DNA of 59,896 nucleotides from an uncultured archaeon. Lineage in GTDB: Archaea > Iainarchaeota > Iainarchaeia > Iainarchaeales > CAZJHM01. Below are positions 57,639 through 59,896 of this stretch, piece by piece. Position 1 is the stretch's first letter. Every line of letters begins with the position of its first letter. The notes under the pieces were generated by a model that did not search any database, was not told the DNA's origin, and saw only the letters and a list, made by a program, of their open reading frames with translations. The position numbers and the translations under genes are program-made. Where the stretch lies: the NCBI GenBank assembly GCA_964545925.1, contig CAZJHM010000001.1, forward strand, positions 1 to 59,896, in the 5' to 3' direction.

Positions 57639-58585
57639 AACCATTGTCTTTTTTTAAAGAAAAATAACATTGTAAACATAAGCCCAACCATTAAAAAAAT
57701 TATAAACCAAAATCCAAATTCCCACTCTGAAATAGGAAGAAATTTAAAATTCATTCCATAGATTCCAGTGATAACTGAAAGAGGAAGCATAACTGTCGCA
57801 ATTACTGAAAGAACTTTCATTATTTCATTCATTTTGTTTGATAAAACAGACATGTGTAAATCAATCAATCCTCTTAATCCTTCCATATCTGAGTCTAATT
57901 CATCATTAATTCTTGCGCTTGTATCATACAAATCCCTATAGAAAGGTTGAGCTTTTTTGGAAATTAAATAACTGTCTAATCTGGAAAGAAGAAGGATTTT
58001 CTCCATAAAAATCAGAGAACTTCTTTTGATTTTATTTATTTTTTCCTTATCTGCAATTATTTCTGATAATTTTTTTGTATTTGCATTTTTAAGTATTATT
58101 TTCTCATATTCTTCTCTTTTTTTGTCTATTTGTTCTATTAAAGGAAGATAATTTTCAAGCTCTAAGCTGATTAATTCATGCAAAAGAAATTCTGGCCCTT
58201 TGTTTAAAAGATATGTGATTTTTTCTGTTTTATTTATGATTCTTTCTTCTGCATTTTTGCCTTTAGAATGAGCTGAAAGTAAGAATGTATCTCCCAAAAC
58301 AAAATCAACTTCATAATTTTTCATTTCTTTATTTATACCATACATTACAATCAAAATATAATCTTTGAAATCCTCTACTTTTGGCATTGCATTCTTTCTT
58401 TCAATATCTTCAATAGTCAATGAATGTAAATTAAGGGTTCTGCCTATTTCTTGAATTGTTTTTGATTCTGTTGTGTTTATATCTACCCAAAAAAAGATTT
58501 TCTTTTTGATAAACTCTTTTGTTTTTTTTGATGTGAATTTTTCCTTTTTCAATTTTTTATTTTCTATATAATATAATATACCCAT
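57635..58585 (-). CDS. corA: CorA-family magnesium transporter
   Basis: GIYGMNFKFLP signature followed by the terminal TM helix; 316 aa. Confidence 0.92.
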   Translation of the reverse strand: MGILYYIENKKLKKEKFTSKKTKEFIKKKIFFWVDINTTESKTIQEIGRTLNLHSLTIEDIERKNAMPKVEDFKDYILIVMYGINKEMKNYEVDFVLGDTFLLSAHSKGKNAEERIINKTEKITYLLNKGPEFLLHELISLELENYLPLIEQIDKKREEYEKIILKNANTKKLSEIIADKEKINKIKRSSLIFMEKILLLSRLDSYLISKKAQPFYRDLYDTSARINDELDSDMEGLRGLIDLHMSVLSNKMNEIMKVLSVIATVMLPLSVITGIYGMNFKFLPISEWEFGFWFIIFLMVGLMFTMLFFFKKRQWF

Positions 58586-58638
58586 ACTAAAAATAAAAGT
58601 TCATAGTTTAAATATTTTCCTTCTTTGTTTTTTAGGAA

Positions 58639-59208
58639 CTATTTTCTTCTGACTACAGCATATCCATCTGATATATCCACAACTGTTGAAGGTCTAGCTT
58701 TTCTTTTTCCCTCATAGATTACAAAGTCTATATGTTGCTTTACATTTTCATCTATATCTCCTAGTTCTTGCATAAACCTTCCTCCTGTTGTATTAACTGA
58801 AGTTGTTATTATTGGCAAATTTATTGTTTTTACTGCTTCAGTTATCCAATGGTTTGGCAAACGAATTCCCAGTGTTTTTGTTCTGAGATTTACATCATCA
58901 TGAACTGCTCCATCTTTTGATTTTAAAATTATAGTATATGGGCCCGGAAGTTTCAAAAGCCATTGATCAGCTGTTCCAGAAACTTCACAATTTTCAATTA
59001 CCCAATCTCTGCTCGGAGCAATAACTGAAAAAGGCCTATCTTTTTGTTTTTTCGCTTGTCTTAGTTTAAGTATTGCTTCAGGGTGTAAAGCTGAACAACC
59101 TATTCCATAGATTGTATCTGTTGGATATACAAAAATAGCTCCATTTTCTATTCTTTTTTTGTAGTCCTGCAGATTTTGCAGGAATTTTTGTTTTTCAATA
59201 ATCTCCAT
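58639..59208 (-). CDS. L-threonylcarbamoyladenylate synthase (Sua5/YrdC/TsaC, YrdC domain only)
   Basis: IFVYPTDTIYGIGCSA, KQKDRPFSVI, TSVNTTGG motifs. Confidence 0.88.
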   Translation of the reverse strand: MEIIEKQKFLQNLQDYKKRIENGAIFVYPTDTIYGIGCSALHPEAILKLRQAKKQKDRPFSVIAPSRDWVIENCEVSGTADQWLLKLPGPYTIILKSKDGAVHDDVNLRTKTLGIRLPNHWITEAVKTINLPIITTSVNTTGGRFMQELGDIDENVKQHIDFVIYEGKRKARPSTVVDISDGYAVVRRK

Positions 59209-59420
59209 TTTATCCCTCTGAGCCTATCCTAACCAATTAGAACAAAATGATTAATATAAAGATAAGGGATTTAGATGTAATAAATGGACAATATAAAGAG
59301 AATAAATTAAGAAATAAAGACACTATCAGAAAAAAGCTCTGTAGAACTCCTTTATAAAAGACTAATTTTTAACAAAAATTGAGAGAGAAGTATATTCTCT
59401 CTTCAATAAAGTATAATAAC

Positions 59421-59507
59421 TTTTTCTTCAAAATTGTCTTTTGGTAAAAATGTCTGAAAAATTTTTTCTTCAAAATTCTTTCTTTTTGGGGAATGTGTCT
59501 GAAAAAA
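59421..59507. repeat. imperfect tandem direct repeat (41 + 46 nt)
   Basis: Both units share TTTTTCTTCAAAATT ... (A/G)TGTCTGAAAAA. Located in the 432-nt intergenic region. Confidence 0.6.
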
Positions 59508-59515
59508 TTTTTTCT

Positions 59516-59575
59516 GGCTTCCTTGAAGCCAAACTTTTTTCTAATTTTTTATTTTTCTTTTGCTTTTTTTCTTTC
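59516..59575. terminator. GC hairpin plus T-rich tract (terminator-like)
   Basis: GGCTTC-CTT-GAAGCC, a perfect 6-bp stem at 59516-59530, followed by T-rich sequence on the + strand and by TTTTTT on the - strand. Confidence 0.4.
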
Positions 59576-59640
59576 TGAATTTTTCCTTTGAGAATTTGCT
59601 TTAAAACTTTTAGCCTTCTATACGAAACAAGAGTTCAGAT

Positions 59641-59895
59641 TCAAGAAAGACTACTGCAGCAACGAAACCCAATGTTGTTGCCCGCATTGGAAGAATCATT
59701 GTTCAAATACACTGAGAAAAGCCCAGCATCAGAACCATCGTACCAACTACCGCCACGTATGACAGCACGATTGGTTTTGGTTGGACCTGTATAAACTCCA
59801 TCATTTCCATATTTTAGGCTTTTTGTTGTTGTATTTCCCCATAATCCTGGTCCCCAATCTTCTGGGATTGTTGTGTCTTGAAAATATTGCCATCC
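59641..59895 (-). CDS. C-terminal fragment of a protein with an FGE-sulfatase/DUF1566-like RGGSW...GFRC domain; 5' end outside the window
   Basis: Hand translation of the reverse frame: ...GVYTGPTKTNRAVIRGGSWYDGSDAGLFSVYLNNDSSNAGNNIGFRCCSSLS*. Visibly GC-richer than the rest of the window. Not in the ORF track because there is no start in the window. Confidence 0.5.
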   Translation of the reverse strand, partial: GWQYFQDTTIPEDWGPGLWGNTTTKSLKYGNDGVYTGPTKTNRAVIRGGSWYDGSDAGLFSVYLNNDSSNAGNNIGFRCCSSLS

Positions 59896-59896
59896 T

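Noticed and set aside
59450-59578. ~42-codon plus-strand ORF (MSEKFFLQNSFFLGNVSEKIF...) spanning the tandem repeat
   Set aside because: It is made of the repeat and a T-rich tract, giving poly-F composition. There is no ribosome-binding motif, so it is more likely non-coding.
59588-59794. 68-aa plus-strand ORF near the window end
   Set aside because: The opposite strand gives a longer open frame ending in a recognisable RGGSW...GFRC domain. The plus-strand ORF is the shadow.
1-59896. CRISPR arrays, rRNA genes, additional tRNAs, defence systems
   Set aside because: No spaced direct-repeat arrays were found. The only GC-rich structured island besides tRNA-Leu is the terminal gene fragment. 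All long ORFs are accounted for by housekeeping or metabolic functions.

Overview
AT-rich (roughly one-third GC by eye), very gene-dense archaeal chromosome segment. The gene content suggests a small-genome, DPANN-like archaeon; that lineage call is an inference. About 80 genes, mostly short and often overlapping by 1-14 nt, commonly preceded by a GGTG Shine-Dalgarno-like motif. Stops include TGA, TAA and TAG, so the code is standard.

Layout:
- 0.36-19.4 kb: the canonical archaeal ribosomal superoperons. L3-L4-L23-L2-S19-L22-S3-L29-SUI1-Rpp29-S17-L14-L24-S4e-L5-S14-S8-L6-L32e-L19e-L18-S5-L30-L15-SecY, then DUF106-L34e-L14e-S13-S4-S11-RpoD-tRNA(Leu)-L18e-L13-S9-RpoN-S2-MEMO.
- 19.4-21.7 kb: TrmB-like regulator and GluRS.
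- 21.8-29.2 kb: L7Ae-S28e-L24e-Ndk-aIF5B-S6e-aIF2gamma-PIN-RpoE-Spt4-S24e-S27ae-Kae1.
- 29.1-35.5 kb: wHTH/membrane/permease operon divergent from grpE-dnaK-dnaJ, then Bud32.
- 35.5-38.4 kb: S15, S3Ae, then a membrane-lipid module (DUF92, CDP-archaeol synthase CarS, a mini exosortase/archaeosortase-like protein).
- 38.4-43.5 kb: PRTase-like protein, SecDF, Orc1/Cdc6.
- 43.6-57.0 kb: sugar-nucleotide genes flanking a complete, contiguous bacterial-type MEP/DOXP isoprenoid pathway (ispH | dxr-ispD-ispF-ispE-ispG-dxs), followed by ADP-forming acetyl-CoA synthetase.
- 57.0-59.9 kb: HExxH protein, CorA, Sua5/YrdC and a GC-richer truncated gene.

The most notable signal is the full seven-gene MEP operon sitting in an unmistakably archaeal context next to CarS. 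The usual mevalonate genes after S2-MEMO are absent, which suggests archaeal ether lipids fed by a bacterial isoprenoid pathway. No CRISPR arrays, rRNA genes, transposases or integrases were seen.
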